Origin: an uncultured Pseudobdellovibrionaceae bacterium
GTDB taxonomy: Bacteria > Bdellovibrionota > Bdellovibrionia > Bdellovibrionales > UBA1609
Reading direction: 5' to 3'
Assembly: GCA_963803705.1 (NCBI GenBank)
Contig: CAWDNU010000004.1
Span: 160,001 to 224,000 of the forward strand
Length of the DNA: 64,000 nt
The position numbers were made by a program, and so were the translations under genes. Under the pieces are notes generated by a model. It worked only from the letters and a program-made list of their open reading frames with translations. It was not told the DNA's origin and did no database searches. This document shows, in pieces, positions 50,562-59,934 of the stretch. How positions within the stretch are numbered: position 1 is the first letter of the stretch; each line of letters opens with the position of its first letter.

Positions 50562-51146
50562 ATGAAAGCAGTTTTCTTTACAATCTTATTATTAAATACG
50601 CATTTAGCTTTGGCTAAGCCTTCTTCAATCAAAGACTTGGTAACAAAAATTGGCTCAGCAGCCAGAATTTCACCAAATTTAAATCAGGTTAGAATTTACC
50701 CAGGATTTGTTGAAGAGAACCCATCAGAAGACTGTTCTTTAGTGATTATTAACAAATCTGAGCCTTCTGAAGGTTACCGCAGTTTTGGTGTAGTGTTGTT
50801 TCCTACCAATTCACCTAAGATTGAACTTGATGACGGAATTTCTTATTCTTATAGCGGGTCAATGCAATACCGGGCAATTTATACAGATATGACTCTTAGT
50901 TTAAAAGACGACTCTTCTTTAGTAGAAAGCGAATTTAGTGTTTTGAAAAACGTAGAGATTACTGATAAGCAAACTAGATTTAGCATTCAAGAGTTTGATT
51001 ACGATCAATCCGAAAAAAGATACACAGTCGCAGATACAGAAATTACATTAGAAATTGAAAATGAAACGTTTAGAAAAGTAAAAGGTATCGACCTTATGAC
51101 TGGCGAAGGATACACGTGTATATTCACAGAAGCATTGATGATGTAA
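50562..51146 (+). CDS. Hypothetical secreted protein
   Basis: AGGAG RBS, signal peptide ending ALA, two Cys. Confidence 0.65.
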   Translation: MKAVFFTILLLNTHLALAKPSSIKDLVTKIGSAARISPNLNQVRIYPGFVEENPSEDCSLVIINKSEPSEGYRSFGVVLFPTNSPKIELDDGISYSYSGSMQYRAIYTDMTLSLKDDSSLVESEFSVLKNVEITDKQTRFSIQEFDYDQSEKRYTVADTEITLEIENETFRKVKGIDLMTGEGYTCIFTEALMM

Positions 51147-51316
51147 AAGTAATTTCAATTTAGATCACATTTAAGGTCATCACTAATTTAACTGGGCTGA
51201 TGGCTTATTCCAATGGTATGATAGGTTCATTTTGAAGACAAAAATATCATAGACGAAGTTTAATGTTTCGTTAATAATGTCATATAATAAAAAGCTGCTT
51301 AGCCAAGATGTAAGCA

Positions 51317-51368
<52 letters not shown>

Positions 51369-51385
51369 TATAAAAGCTAAACCAT

Positions 51386-51994
51386 ATGAAGATAGAATCA
51401 AGCGAATACGCCCCATTAGAACGTTATAGAATCGAGGGTGATACTGTTATTATAGAAATGGGACTTGAAGAACCTTTTGATGTATATGATGACAAAGATC
51501 CATCGCCCCTTAGAATTCGAGACCTTAAGAAAGAAGTCGAAACTTACATTATCGACTCAATCAGGGAAATCCCCCATGCAAAGAAAATTAGAGTTGTCTT
51601 TTATTTCGATAAGTTTTCTGATTCAGAAGAGGAAATTGAACATTTAGGTCGGTCTTATTTTGATTTTTTTGCCTTCGAGACCAAAGTTAAAACGCATCAA
51701 ATAAAATTAAAAGTAAAAAGGGGGTTAAAATCCTTGTTAGTTGGCTTAAGCTTTTTATTTTTTTGTATTTTTATGGCAAAGATTTTAAAAGATCAGACGG
51801 AATCTTTGTTTTCTAGTTTTTTTGTAGAAGGCCTTACCGTCTTGGGGTGGGTTTCTTTGTGGACGCCAATCCAGGTTTTCTTGTACGAAATTTGGCCTCT
51901 GTTAGAAACCATAAAAACCTTCAAGAGGGCATTGGTAGCCGATGTCGACTTTAAAAGCGTTAAACAACTTCCCGAACCTAGACAGTATATTTAA
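51386..51994 (+). CDS. Conserved hypothetical membrane protein
   Basis: DxxDPSP..RDL N-terminal motif; two C-terminal TM segments with EGLTVLGWVSLWTPIQVFLY. Confidence 0.7.
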   Translation: MKIESSEYAPLERYRIEGDTVIIEMGLEEPFDVYDDKDPSPLRIRDLKKEVETYIIDSIREIPHAKKIRVVFYFDKFSDSEEEIEHLGRSYFDFFAFETKVKTHQIKLKVKRGLKSLLVGLSFLFFCIFMAKILKDQTESLFSSFFVEGLTVLGWVSLWTPIQVFLYEIWPLLETIKTFKRALVADVDFKSVKQLPEPRQYI

Positions 51995-52028
51995 TGCTTT
52001 AGATTTTACAGTGGCTTAATCTAAAACT

Positions 52029-52050
52029 ACCGCCCTTTGCTGGCGGTTTT
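52029..52050 (+). terminator. Probable Rho-independent terminator
   Basis: ACCGCC-CTTTGCT-GGCGGT-TTT between convergent genes. Confidence 0.5.
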
Positions 52051-52115
52051 ACCTGTCCAGTTCACACAATACCTGTTCACTCAATGATCGATCATGGTAA
52101 GTTCGCTGTAAAGCT

Positions 52116-53849
52116 TCACTTTTGGCCATTCTTCTCGCTGGCAGTTTTCCTGGTCTTTAGAAGCCAAGCCATACCGATAAATAAAAAATGAAGCAAAACA
52201 AAAGCGAAAACGTATTCGACGCCACCTGCTCCAAACCCGTAAGAGTGTAGCCCGGCACCTAAAACATAATTGACACCATACCAGGCCATTATGACCAGAG
52301 AAAAAGAGGCAACAGCTGTAGCTGACATTCCGAACTGTTTTACCCATCCTACTAGTCTTGCATGCAAGACGGCTATGTAACCAAGCAGAGCAATCAAAGC
52401 CCAAGTTTCTTTAGGGTCCCAACCCCAGAAACGTCCCCATGAATAGTCTGCCCAAATTCCGCCTAAGACGATGCCGATACCCAAAAGTAAAATTCCAATC
52501 TGAATGGCTCTGTAAATTGAGTCATTGATAGACTTTATTTGCTTGGCCCATTTTTTAGGTCCCAAACAAAAATAAACCAAATTAATATCACCCAGCACGA
52601 ATGCTAAAAAAAAGGCTGCATAGCTGATTACTATAGTCGTCACATGAGTTGAGAGCCAAAAATTACTTCTTAAAACTGGTTCTAAAGGTTGAATCGTTGG
52701 ATCTAAAACTGCGGGTGCCATGTCCGCCAAAATTAAACACAAAAAGGCGCCAAGGTTTGCACCCAATAAAGTGTACTTATTTCGTTTGAAATATTCTATT
52801 GCCATCCCGAATATAACCGCTCCCATAGGAACCCAGACAACTGTTTCGTACATGTTTGTCACTGGGGCCCGACCGGAAATATAGGTTCTTAAAGCAAACC
52901 CTAAAATATGTAAGCCCAGACCCAAGAAAGTAAAAGTCCAACTTACGGTGATAAAATAACTTTTCGAAAAAACCCAAAACAAAATCATTGTCAAAAAAGC
53001 TAGAAAATAAAAAATTGCAGACCAAAGAAATGGCTTATACTTAAGATAGACGAGCTCTGTATTAATAACTTTTAGGTTAGGATAAGCAGAAAGGTTTTGT
53101 TTTTTTGCCACAGCAATAAATTCAGAGACCTTGGATTCCAAAGCCCTAGTGTCGTCAGAAACATCTTTGGACCCAGGTTGCATTTTTTTAGAAATAACTT
53201 GAATTAAAGATGTCAACACTCCTGTAAAAGCCTCTTTGGATGCTCCTTCAATTTGATTTACCGAAAGCCATTGTTCGCCTTTTTCAGCCGGCACAAACTT
53301 TAAGCCATCCCCTGATTGCAGAAGCCTTATGTAGCCAAGTTGCGATTCTAGCTTCTGAACCGCTTGGTCAAAAGGATTTAATTTTTCTTTTCTTTCTGAC
53401 TTTGTTGCCATAGCTTGCATTAAGCTTGGCAGAGATTCAGCCTTCAAGATTTCTCGTACTGAAAAATATTTTTCATCCTTTGGAAATCCCAACGCTTTTT
53501 TCAAAGCCAAAAAGTCAACCCTGACTATTTTTGTTGTCTCCCACTGCTCTGGGGCTAACATAAAGGTCATAACCACTTCCGAGGTCTCTCTTTTTACCTT
53601 AGGGGGCTTAGTTTGGCCTGGCTTATACTCTTCTTTTAATTTCAAAGTTTTTCGACCATGCACAAGTTGCAAGGTCTCTTGAGCAAAACTTAAAAAAGGT
53701 TTTACACGACCTCGATCTTGAATTGGAATTCGGTCTAGGGGCGACGCCTTGGCGTATTGAATAAAAGGCATTAAGAAGAAAAAAACCAAAATGTAAATTG
53801 AGCTTATTTTTAAAGCTTTTAAATTACTCATAAGTATCTTTATTGGCAT
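52116..53849 (-). CDS. ccsA: Cytochrome c biogenesis protein CcsA/ResC (system II)
   Basis: APVTNMYE, PVLRSNFWLSTHV, WWD domain GGIWADYSWGRFWGWDPKETW, GLHSY. Confidence 0.92.
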   Translation of the reverse strand: MPIKILMSNLKALKISSIYILVFFFLMPFIQYAKASPLDRIPIQDRGRVKPFLSFAQETLQLVHGRKTLKLKEEYKPGQTKPPKVKRETSEVVMTFMLAPEQWETTKIVRVDFLALKKALGFPKDEKYFSVREILKAESLPSLMQAMATKSERKEKLNPFDQAVQKLESQLGYIRLLQSGDGLKFVPAEKGEQWLSVNQIEGASKEAFTGVLTSLIQVISKKMQPGSKDVSDDTRALESKVSEFIAVAKKQNLSAYPNLKVINTELVYLKYKPFLWSAIFYFLAFLTMILFWVFSKSYFITVSWTFTFLGLGLHILGFALRTYISGRAPVTNMYETVVWVPMGAVIFGMAIEYFKRNKYTLLGANLGAFLCLILADMAPAVLDPTIQPLEPVLRSNFWLSTHVTTIVISYAAFFLAFVLGDINLVYFCLGPKKWAKQIKSINDSIYRAIQIGILLLGIGIVLGGIWADYSWGRFWGWDPKETWALIALLGYIAVLHARLVGWVKQFGMSATAVASFSLVIMAWYGVNYVLGAGLHSYGFGAGGVEYVFAFVLLHFLFIGMAWLLKTRKTASEKNGQK

Positions 53850-55246
53850 TAGTCCATATCCTTGTTTGCAAAACGTTTTTTATATTTTTCAGCGTATATA
53901 TCTTTAAAATAAAACAGCAAAAAGATTCCAATAAAAATTAGCAAGGACCCTAAATACTTTAAAAATCTGCCAGGGTCTTTGTTCACGGAAAAAACAGAAT
54001 GAGTTGGTTTACCTTTTTCATCTTCTTGAAAGCTAGATTGATAAAAAGTAAGACCTGCTTTTTTCATAGGTTCATTCATGGATATAACTATAGGCTTATC
54101 TTCGCCCTCTACTTTTACTGTGCTTTCATAGGATGCTGCCCTTCGAGTTCCCTGATATCTACCCACCTTGAAGTCTACCACCTTCATATTAAATCCAATA
54201 TCATAACGAATAGATCCGTAAGAAATTATGTGGACTCTGTCAGATTCAAAAATTTTTAGCGGTCTGTTTTGACCAAGGGCATACTCTTTACCTTTAAACA
54301 TAACTTTAAGCGACGGAGTGGTTTGAACAGATGGGTAATCCTCGGCCAAGTAAGTCACCTGCTCTTCAGCATCAGGATAGAATTTAAGCACTCTTACCTT
54401 AAAATCCATCCATCCAGTCTGGATAACGTCGCCCCTGCTCCACTCACCCTTTATGCTAGCTTTATCACGACCGCTGCCATAAATTTCGTAGATTAGCTTA
54501 TTGTTTTCATCGACTCTAAAAATCAGTTCGTTCTTGTCGACCCTTTTATAATCCGAATCAGCCAAAGTAACCGAAGCAGGTCCAAGCTGAAAGTTGTCAA
54601 ATCCTTTAGATTTTTCCTTAAATAACCAAGCAGACTGATTTGCTCGACTACCTTCAATTAAAAATTGGACTGCGGGGCTAGATGTATTTTCGGCGGCCCT
54701 AGCTATTTTCTTTTGCGGTAAACTGAAGTGGGTGTAATCAAAAATTTTAAAATCTTGACCCATCACTTTGAAAATCAGCGGGTTTTTTTTGAAATTTCTA
54801 TTAAAAAAATCAACCTGCTCTTGGTGAACCATACGATAGTCTTTTCCGTCCATCGAAGTATAAACAGCAATTTCATCGGTTTGTAATTTGATGAACCGAT
54901 TTTTCCCGCCAATTTCAAAAACCATGGAACCATCAACTCCATAAATAAAGCTGACTACTGAACCTGCAAGTAAAAGTAGGATACCAATGTGAGCAAGAAT
55001 AAAAGAAATGTGATGTTTTTTCCAGGGCCATCTATCAATCATCACAGCTGTTATGTTTACAGCCAGTAAGCCAAGAATCATCCACATCCAAAAGGAATGA
55101 TAAACTAGCTTTTGAGCGTAGATCCGATCATATTTGGACTCGTAAACGGTCCCAACTGCGGAGACTACACCTAAAGATACAATCACTATAACTGCCAACC
55201 GAAGTGAAGCCATAAAATCAAAAATTTTTTCAATCCACTTCAACAT
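53849..55246 (-). CDS. resB: Cytochrome c biogenesis protein ResB/CcsB
   Basis: ASLRLAV...GTVYE, AHIG, SYES.V, ISMNEP, FYQSS, VNKDPG; translationally coupled to ccsA. Confidence 0.85.
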   Translation of the reverse strand: MLKWIEKIFDFMASLRLAVIVIVSLGVVSAVGTVYESKYDRIYAQKLVYHSFWMWMILGLLAVNITAVMIDRWPWKKHHISFILAHIGILLLLAGSVVSFIYGVDGSMVFEIGGKNRFIKLQTDEIAVYTSMDGKDYRMVHQEQVDFFNRNFKKNPLIFKVMGQDFKIFDYTHFSLPQKKIARAAENTSSPAVQFLIEGSRANQSAWLFKEKSKGFDNFQLGPASVTLADSDYKRVDKNELIFRVDENNKLIYEIYGSGRDKASIKGEWSRGDVIQTGWMDFKVRVLKFYPDAEEQVTYLAEDYPSVQTTPSLKVMFKGKEYALGQNRPLKIFESDRVHIISYGSIRYDIGFNMKVVDFKVGRYQGTRRAASYESTVKVEGEDKPIVISMNEPMKKAGLTFYQSSFQEDEKGKPTHSVFSVNKDPGRFLKYLGSLLIFIGIFLLFYFKDIYAEKYKKRFANKDMD

Positions 55247-55283
55247 ATTTTCACTCTACCATTTTAGTCGGTCAATTTGACAG

Positions 55284-56090
55284 TCATATTTGACTAATAT
55301 TTTTAAAAATAGACTCGATCGCACTCGAAAGCCTTGCCTGAATTGCTTCAAACTTTTTGTCATCCTTTTGCTTTGTTGCCTCTGTCATATAGAGGTCACG
55401 TCTTAATTCAACTTGGATACAGTGTTGATTTTTTGAGGGTTGGCCGTAAGTCTGAGTCACCCGGCCTCCGATGTAAGGCCAATTGGTCTTTACTTGAAAT
55501 CCCGCCGCACTGTAGGATTCTACAACCAAATCAAAGTAGGCTTTATCAGCGCTCTTTCCATTTTGGTCACTTATTACGACTTCTGCCCGTGTCTGCCCGG
55601 GATCTTTGTGAATTTCAGTTCCTACAGAGGGCATACTGTGCAAATCTAGCTGGTAAACAGGTTCGTCGCTAATTTTAAAAAAGTCCTGGTAAGTTTTAAG
55701 CACCTCAGTATGAAATTCTTGATAATAGTTTGTTAGCAAACTCCGGTAAAGATCTTGACTGATCGGCTTGCTAAGCAACTGATGACCCTGGCTAGTTTGC
55801 TGCCAGATAAGTCCTGTTAGATGAGTGCCCTTTACCTGAGTAGCCCCAACAACACTGCCCTGATCAATATCTTCAGGTAACCTGTTAGCATCTGAAAAGT
55901 ACCTATGCCAATGTGACTTCACCAGTGGAATATTTAATTCTAATGCTACTGTCTCATATAATTGATCAACAAAACGATCCACATCGAACATCAACGTGAC
56001 TTCATCTAAATTTTTTAACCACTCTACTTCATCAGGTACTTGTTCACCAGAATGGGGGCTCGTTAAAAAGAAACGTTCATTGTTAGACAT
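55284..56090 (-). CDS. N-formylglutamate amidohydrolase family
   Basis: SPHSG, DxFVDxLY, DANR, DLHSM, NWPYIGG, IQVELRRDLYM; GGAG RBS before ATG 56090. Confidence 0.85.
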   Translation of the reverse strand: MSNNERFFLTSPHSGEQVPDEVEWLKNLDEVTLMFDVDRFVDQLYETVALELNIPLVKSHWHRYFSDANRLPEDIDQGSVVGATQVKGTHLTGLIWQQTSQGHQLLSKPISQDLYRSLLTNYYQEFHTEVLKTYQDFFKISDEPVYQLDLHSMPSVGTEIHKDPGQTRAEVVISDQNGKSADKAYFDLVVESYSAAGFQVKTNWPYIGGRVTQTYGQPSKNQHCIQVELRRDLYMTEATKQKDDKKFEAIQARLSSAIESIFKNISQI

Positions 56091-56124
56091 GACAAACTCC
56101 TGTGAATTATCATAAACTATAATC

Positions 56125-56685
56125 ATGAAAATCTACACTAAAACTGGTGATAAAGGTTCAACTTCACTTTTGGGCGGCCAGCGCGTCGAAAAAAATCATC
56201 CGAAACTGAAAGCATACGGAACCGTGGACGAGCTAAACTCGCATATGGGACTGTTACTCAGTTTCGTTAAAAAAGATATTTCGAACTCTGATATCGAGCA
56301 AAATTTTATCTTTGAAATTCAAAATCATTTATTTCTTTTAGGCAGTCACTTAGCCTGTTTTGAAGATTCTGACCGCCAAAAATTTAAGATTGCTAGTTTT
56401 GATACCTGCCAAACTATTTTTTTAGAAGATGGCATCGATAAGCTCGAAAAAAGTTTAATGCCGCTTAAAAACTTTATTTTACCTGGTGGAAGCGCTTCTT
56501 CCTCCCAAGCCCATATCTGCAGAACTGTCTGCCGGCGCGCAGAGCGGTTAGTTGCAGCGCTAAAAGATTTTGATCCTATATGGTTAATCTACCTAAACCG
56601 CTTAAGCGATTATTTTTTTGTTCTAGCAAGACATTTAAATAAACTTCAAAATATTGAAGACATTATTTGGGTTCAAAAGAAATGA
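56125..56685 (+). CDS. pduO: PduO-type cob(I)alamin adenosyltransferase
   Basis: MKIYTKTGDKG, YGTVDELNS, FILPGG, RTVCRRAER, YLNRLSD. Confidence 0.92.
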   Translation: MKIYTKTGDKGSTSLLGGQRVEKNHPKLKAYGTVDELNSHMGLLLSFVKKDISNSDIEQNFIFEIQNHLFLLGSHLACFEDSDRQKFKIASFDTCQTIFLEDGIDKLEKSLMPLKNFILPGGSASSSQAHICRTVCRRAERLVAALKDFDPIWLIYLNRLSDYFFVLARHLNKLQNIEDIIWVQKK

Positions 56686-57803
56686 AGATCACTTATTGCG
56701 ACACCGAAAAAGATTACAACTTGGCCGAAGATTTTTTAGATCAACAGGCCGTGCCGTCTCCGCCAGCTGAATTAAGGTTTCGCTTTCCCAAAGGCTTACA
56801 AGAATATTTAGATCACCTTAGTAAAGAAAATGACACCTGGATTCTAGAAAGTGAACAAAAAGCAATAGCAGCTGGATCCTTGATCTATAAAGACATGGAT
56901 ATAGAAGGCAAGTCACAGAAAATTGCAATTACGAGTTTTATGAAGATTAGGCCTGACGCTAAATCAACGCTTCTTTGGGCTAAGCATCTGCTACCAAAAA
57001 TTCATGAGCGTTTGAAAGAAAAAAATTGTGATTATATCTTTTCTTTTGTTTTTCAATCTTTACAGCTTCAAATTAGAAACTTCAGGCAAGCCGTAAAGTT
57101 AAAAGAGAAAATGCCAAGATACTTTCTTATACGCAAAGCCTCTTTTGTGTTAATTCACGGCCGGATACCTTGGAAATCACATGCTTTAAAAAGTGTTCGC
57201 ATCCAAGAGGCTGAACTTAAAAATATACCTGAGATTTTAGAGTTTCTACGACTTCAACAAAATTTAAAGAAGATTAAAAAGGTTTGGACAGAGCAAGAAC
57301 TAGAAGGCCTTATCAGATCCAAAGCTCTGCTAACCCTTCGGGAAAGACTTTATCTAGGCATGGACCACCACCGCAAAGTCGTTGGGATGTTTTTACCTGA
57401 AGAGGTAAACTCGATCCGCGAGGATATAATGGTGTCTGCCTCGCCGGAAACCCTAAGCTACTTCCAGTTTCAACGACTGCTCTCTTTTTTCAGATTGACG
57501 AATCGACCGCCTTACATGAAAAAGCCGCTTAAATACCTTTATTTATCTATGATAGACGCAACTAATCCCGATGTTTTTGAATCACTACTAAGATTTGCCT
57601 ATAAAAAATTGCGGCTAAGAAACGAGACAATCGCCTACACCCACTATTCCGGTAACCTTACCTCCAGGCCTCCATCAAGTTTTATTGTTGGCGCACTTCC
57701 TATGGATTTGTACCTAATCTTGCCAGCTGACAGAAATCCTCCAGAATTTTTGAAATCATATTGGATGGCGCCAACCCCAGATCTAGAATCAGTGATTTTC
57801 TAG
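56682..57803 (+). CDS. Hypothetical protein, possibly tandem GNAT-like fold
   Basis: ATGA overlap with the pduO stop. The GNAT assignment is a weak pattern resemblance only. Confidence 0.55.
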   Translation: MKITYCDTEKDYNLAEDFLDQQAVPSPPAELRFRFPKGLQEYLDHLSKENDTWILESEQKAIAAGSLIYKDMDIEGKSQKIAITSFMKIRPDAKSTLLWAKHLLPKIHERLKEKNCDYIFSFVFQSLQLQIRNFRQAVKLKEKMPRYFLIRKASFVLIHGRIPWKSHALKSVRIQEAELKNIPEILEFLRLQQNLKKIKKVWTEQELEGLIRSKALLTLRERLYLGMDHHRKVVGMFLPEEVNSIREDIMVSASPETLSYFQFQRLLSFFRLTNRPPYMKKPLKYLYLSMIDATNPDVFESLLRFAYKKLRLRNETIAYTHYSGNLTSRPPSSFIVGALPMDLYLILPADRNPPEFLKSYWMAPTPDLESVIF

Positions 57804-58490
57804 GGAAACTGCACTGGGATCCAAACTAACAAAAGTTTGAAATATAGGCTTTAGCTTTTCATCTAAACTAACTGATTCAACAATTTTAAACTGTTGTTTT
57901 GTAGTCAGCTCTTTTAGGAATTTCAAATTTTGCCCTAAACCCAAGTTTAAAACTTGCAGCGCTGGCTTTAACAAATCAATCTCGTTGAAGACTTCAGATG
58001 CTTGGGCAGAAGTCCTAATATTCTTTATTCCGCAAGACGTAAACCTATATAGGCTATATTTCGAACTTATATGAACTGCATGCAGTGCTCTAACTTGTCT
58101 TGGTTCTTTGTTGAAGCTACGAACCGCCGGATGTTTAATAACAAATTCTTTTAATGTTTGAAGTTTTAAAACCAATAGATGCGCACGAGAAGAGCTCATG
58201 TTGGAATACACATACTCAATCTTGTTTCCCTGATTTCTCAATCTTTGGAAAAGCGCAAACTGCACTAAGTCTGTTAAAAAATTTTTGAATTCTGGATGAA
58301 TGTTAAAGAACTCATCAGAATTATAAAATGAGTTGTTTAAGTCTATGGATTTGACACCTCGTAGAGTATCCCAATGCTTTTGAGCCGACGCTACAATATC
58401 TGACACTTCAGGTATACGAATAAGAATTTGTCTTAAATACGAAAACTCAATAAATGAACTTTCACCTAAAATCACCACAGTATCTTTCAA
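57789..58490 (-). CDS. Hypothetical protein (weak resemblance to a degenerate acyltransferase/FabD-like domain)
   Basis: 233-aa ORF, TTG start after AGGGG; no GHSxG motif. Confidence 0.5.
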   Translation of the reverse strand: MKDTVVILGESSFIEFSYLRQILIRIPEVSDIVASAQKHWDTLRGVKSIDLNNSFYNSDEFFNIHPEFKNFLTDLVQFALFQRLRNQGNKIEYVYSNMSSSRAHLLVLKLQTLKEFVIKHPAVRSFNKEPRQVRALHAVHISSKYSLYRFTSCGIKNIRTSAQASEVFNEIDLLKPALQVLNLGLGQNLKFLKELTTKQQFKIVESVSLDEKLKPIFQTFVSLDPSAVSLENH

Positions 58491-58741
58491 TGATTTCCCC
58501 TATCCCTAAATTCATTACATTATGTTTATGATCAAAAGTGAAGTGTTATTTGTTTTGTTATTCACGATGCTATATTTTTTTTACTACACCGTGAAAGAGA
58601 TTCTATTGCTTAGTGTTAAGCTTAAAAGCTTACACCACTATACAAACTCAACGTGTTGCAACATCCGACCAAGGTCGTGGTCGAATAAAAACTTCTTCTT
58701 AAGGCATAATATTGATATTCTACAGAGGTTGGGCAGTTTAG

Positions 58742-59728
58742 ATGCACAATAACAAAATCAACTGGGGTTCTTCAGCATTGAATAAAAAAAAACGACCACC
58801 ATTCGAAGGTCTTTACATTTATATCTTTTTGACGCTTCTAGCCTTTGTTGTCTCAGATCTAGCAATTTTAAAAACGCAACTTTACTTAGAGAGTGTGTCT
58901 GCACCTTCAGCGCCCGGGACTCAGTTTAGGACAAGGCCTAATCCCGGTGCACTTTCAATTAGATCGCCAATAGCACAAAACAAATACCAAACGATAACAG
59001 AAAGAAACCTGTTTAATTCTGATGGAATTATCCCACCACCGTTCGGTGGTGCTGAAGAAATAATTGATGATAATGACACCCCAGTTAAGTCAGATTTACC
59101 TATTGAAGTTATTGGTACGATTGTTCATGCTAATCCTTACCGCTCTATTGCAAGCTTATCTCTGCAAGGCGAAGAAAACCCTGCTGCTTTAAAAGTGGGG
59201 GGATTTCTTAAGGATCTTGCAGAAATTCTTGCTGTGTTCAGACGCCGGGTCATTTTTAGGAACATGAAAAATCAAAGATTAGAGTTCGTAGAAATCCCTG
59301 AAGAGCCTAAAATTAAATCTAGAAGAGCACAAATTCAAACACCAAAATTTCAACGACCAGGTTTAGAGCCAGCTATTAAACAAGCCGGTAACGATTTTAC
59401 AGTTTCCAGAGCCGACGTGAAGGATCAACTGAATAACTATCAGTCTTTGCTGAAAACCGCTAGGGCTGTACCTTACACTGATCCAAGGACCGGGGAACTG
59501 ACTGGATTTAAAGTCACTCAGCTACAACCCGGCAGTCTGTTTCAAAAGCTTGGTATTCAACCTGGCGACGTTATTAAAGGTGTAAATGGTGAACCAATTA
59601 ACAGTGTAAATAAGGCCTTGGAAGTTTTCGCGAATTTGAAGGGGTCTGTTGACGATATTGATAACGTAGATATCAGGGTAGAGCGTGGTGGCAGTGACCA
59701 GTCTTTAAAATACAATTTAAGTGATTAA
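58742..59728 (+). CDS. gspC: Type II secretion protein C with PDZ domain
   Basis: N-terminal TM segment, RNLFN, HR domain (IGTIV...SIA), C-terminal PDZ (SLFQKLGIQPGDVIKGVNG); precedes the secretin. Confidence 0.85.
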   Translation: MHNNKINWGSSALNKKKRPPFEGLYIYIFLTLLAFVVSDLAILKTQLYLESVSAPSAPGTQFRTRPNPGALSIRSPIAQNKYQTITERNLFNSDGIIPPPFGGAEEIIDDNDTPVKSDLPIEVIGTIVHANPYRSIASLSLQGEENPAALKVGGFLKDLAEILAVFRRRVIFRNMKNQRLEFVEIPEEPKIKSRRAQIQTPKFQRPGLEPAIKQAGNDFTVSRADVKDQLNNYQSLLKTARAVPYTDPRTGELTGFKVTQLQPGSLFQKLGIQPGDVIKGVNGEPINSVNKALEVFANLKGSVDDIDNVDIRVERGGSDQSLKYNLSD

Positions 59729-59934
59729 TAGTTTGAGCTAAGCTTTCAGCAAGATAAAAATCGATTAAATGCACCAGAGAGATAACCATGAAAAAAAACA
59801 CTAAAAAAAATTTCAAGCTATCTGTGAAAAATCCTGTTAACAGAAATATTTGTATGACTGCCAGCAATTTGAAAGTTCAGATAAGACAAAAAATGAACTC
59901 TTTGGCCTACAGCATTATCAGATCAGGAGGATCT

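Noticed and set aside
58522..58752. 76-aa ORF upstream of gspC
   Set aside because: It lies in an AT-rich divergent promoter region with no RBS or recognisable features.
59788..59934. Unusual 49-aa N-terminal extension of GspD
   Set aside because: A strong AGGAGG RBS precedes the in-frame ATG at 59935, so the extension is probably an ORF-calling artefact.
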